Assembly: GCF_031769215.1 (NCBI RefSeq)
Contig: NW_026781965.1
Coordinates: 1-64,000 of the forward strand
Reading direction: 5' to 3'
DNA length: 64,000 nt
From: Ylistrum balloti
Lineage: Eukaryota
Below, one piece after another: positions 63,229-64,000 of this stretch (the stretch's first letter is position 1; each line of letters starts with the position of its first letter). The translations under genes were made by a program, and so were the position numbers. The notes under the pieces were generated by a model. The model saw nothing but the letters and a program-made list of their open reading frames with translations. It had not been told where the DNA came from and did not search any database.

Positions 63229-64000
63229 GGGGATTAGTCCCCCAACAGACGCACCACTTCACCAAGGTGAACTCTTACACCAAGTACAAAAAATGTATTA
63301 TCAAACTTCCAATGAATAAAACTGCAGAAGAGCGAGTCCAGATAAACCTTTTCTTTGATGGTCAAAATTCAAAAAGTAGGTCAAAGAGACCTACTTTTAA
63401 TACACAGTACACTGCCTAACTAGGGTGAACCATTACTCCAAGTATTTAGTTTCAGTTATTATAATTATATGAGAAAGAGCTGACAAAACTTTTTATCTCT
63501 GATGTAGGTCAAAGCTGAAAACCTAGGTCAGAGTGACCTACTTTTGATACACCACCACTGCCTCATCAAGGTTAACTTATACCCCAAATATGAAGTTCCC
63601 AGTGACAAGTAATATGCTAGGTAAAGCCAAGACAAATCTTTACTTTGATGTAAGTCAAAACTCATGATAGGTTGATAAGGTCTAAATTTAGATCTGAAAG
63701 CTTTAGATAATAAACACCCATCTCACCTAGATTAATAAATACGCCTTACATGATCTTCTAGTGGCAAGTAGTGTAGGACAAAGAGCTTGGACAAACTTTC
63801 TCGAAATGAAGGGCAAATGTCAATATAAGGGTCATAATGACAGAGTTTTGATACAAAACGCACTGTCTCACCAAGGTGAAACCCATACCCAAAGTATTAA
63901 GTGGCAGTGAAATGTAGTGTAGGAAATACAGCTCCCTTAAACCTGTTTTCAATGTAGGTCAAAATGTATGTAAAAGTGATGTACTTCTCATACATGACAC
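63229..64000 (-). mobile_element. Helentron/HINE-like element with ~145-160-bp units, cut by the window end
   Basis: Hairpin GGGGATTAGTCCCC at ~63229; units GATGTAGGTCAAA...GACCTACTTTT...CACCAAGGT(G/T)AAC recur at ~63358, 63501, 63647, 63808 and 63951. Confidence 0.6.

Overview
AT-rich, intron-rich animal genomic DNA, most likely a bivalve mollusc (inferred from repeat types and gene sequences, not proven). I assembled six spliced genes by hand from splice sites and frame continuity: the 3' part of MICU1 (+, 562-4973), an hnRNP F/H-family gene (-, CDS 15392-8285), MOB1 (+, 16916-22262, head-to-head with the hnRNP gene), two tandem acid-lipase (LIPA/LIPF-like) paralogues (+, 27985-34705 and 35767-47018) and histone H2A.Z (-, 56759-53413). 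The rest is MITEs, non-autonomous Helentron-like elements with internal tandem arrays, a decayed LINE, Penelope-like relics and minisatellites; most ORFs in the supplied track are spurious. I found no convincing wholly new system, tRNA, rRNA or CRISPR array. The best leads are a probable splicing/NMD autoregulatory module in the hnRNP gene (139-nt frame-shifting exon, G-run-loaded splice sites, intronic GGG island), a possibly ancient hnRNP F/H-MOB1 divergent pair, and two odd splice sites in MICU1.
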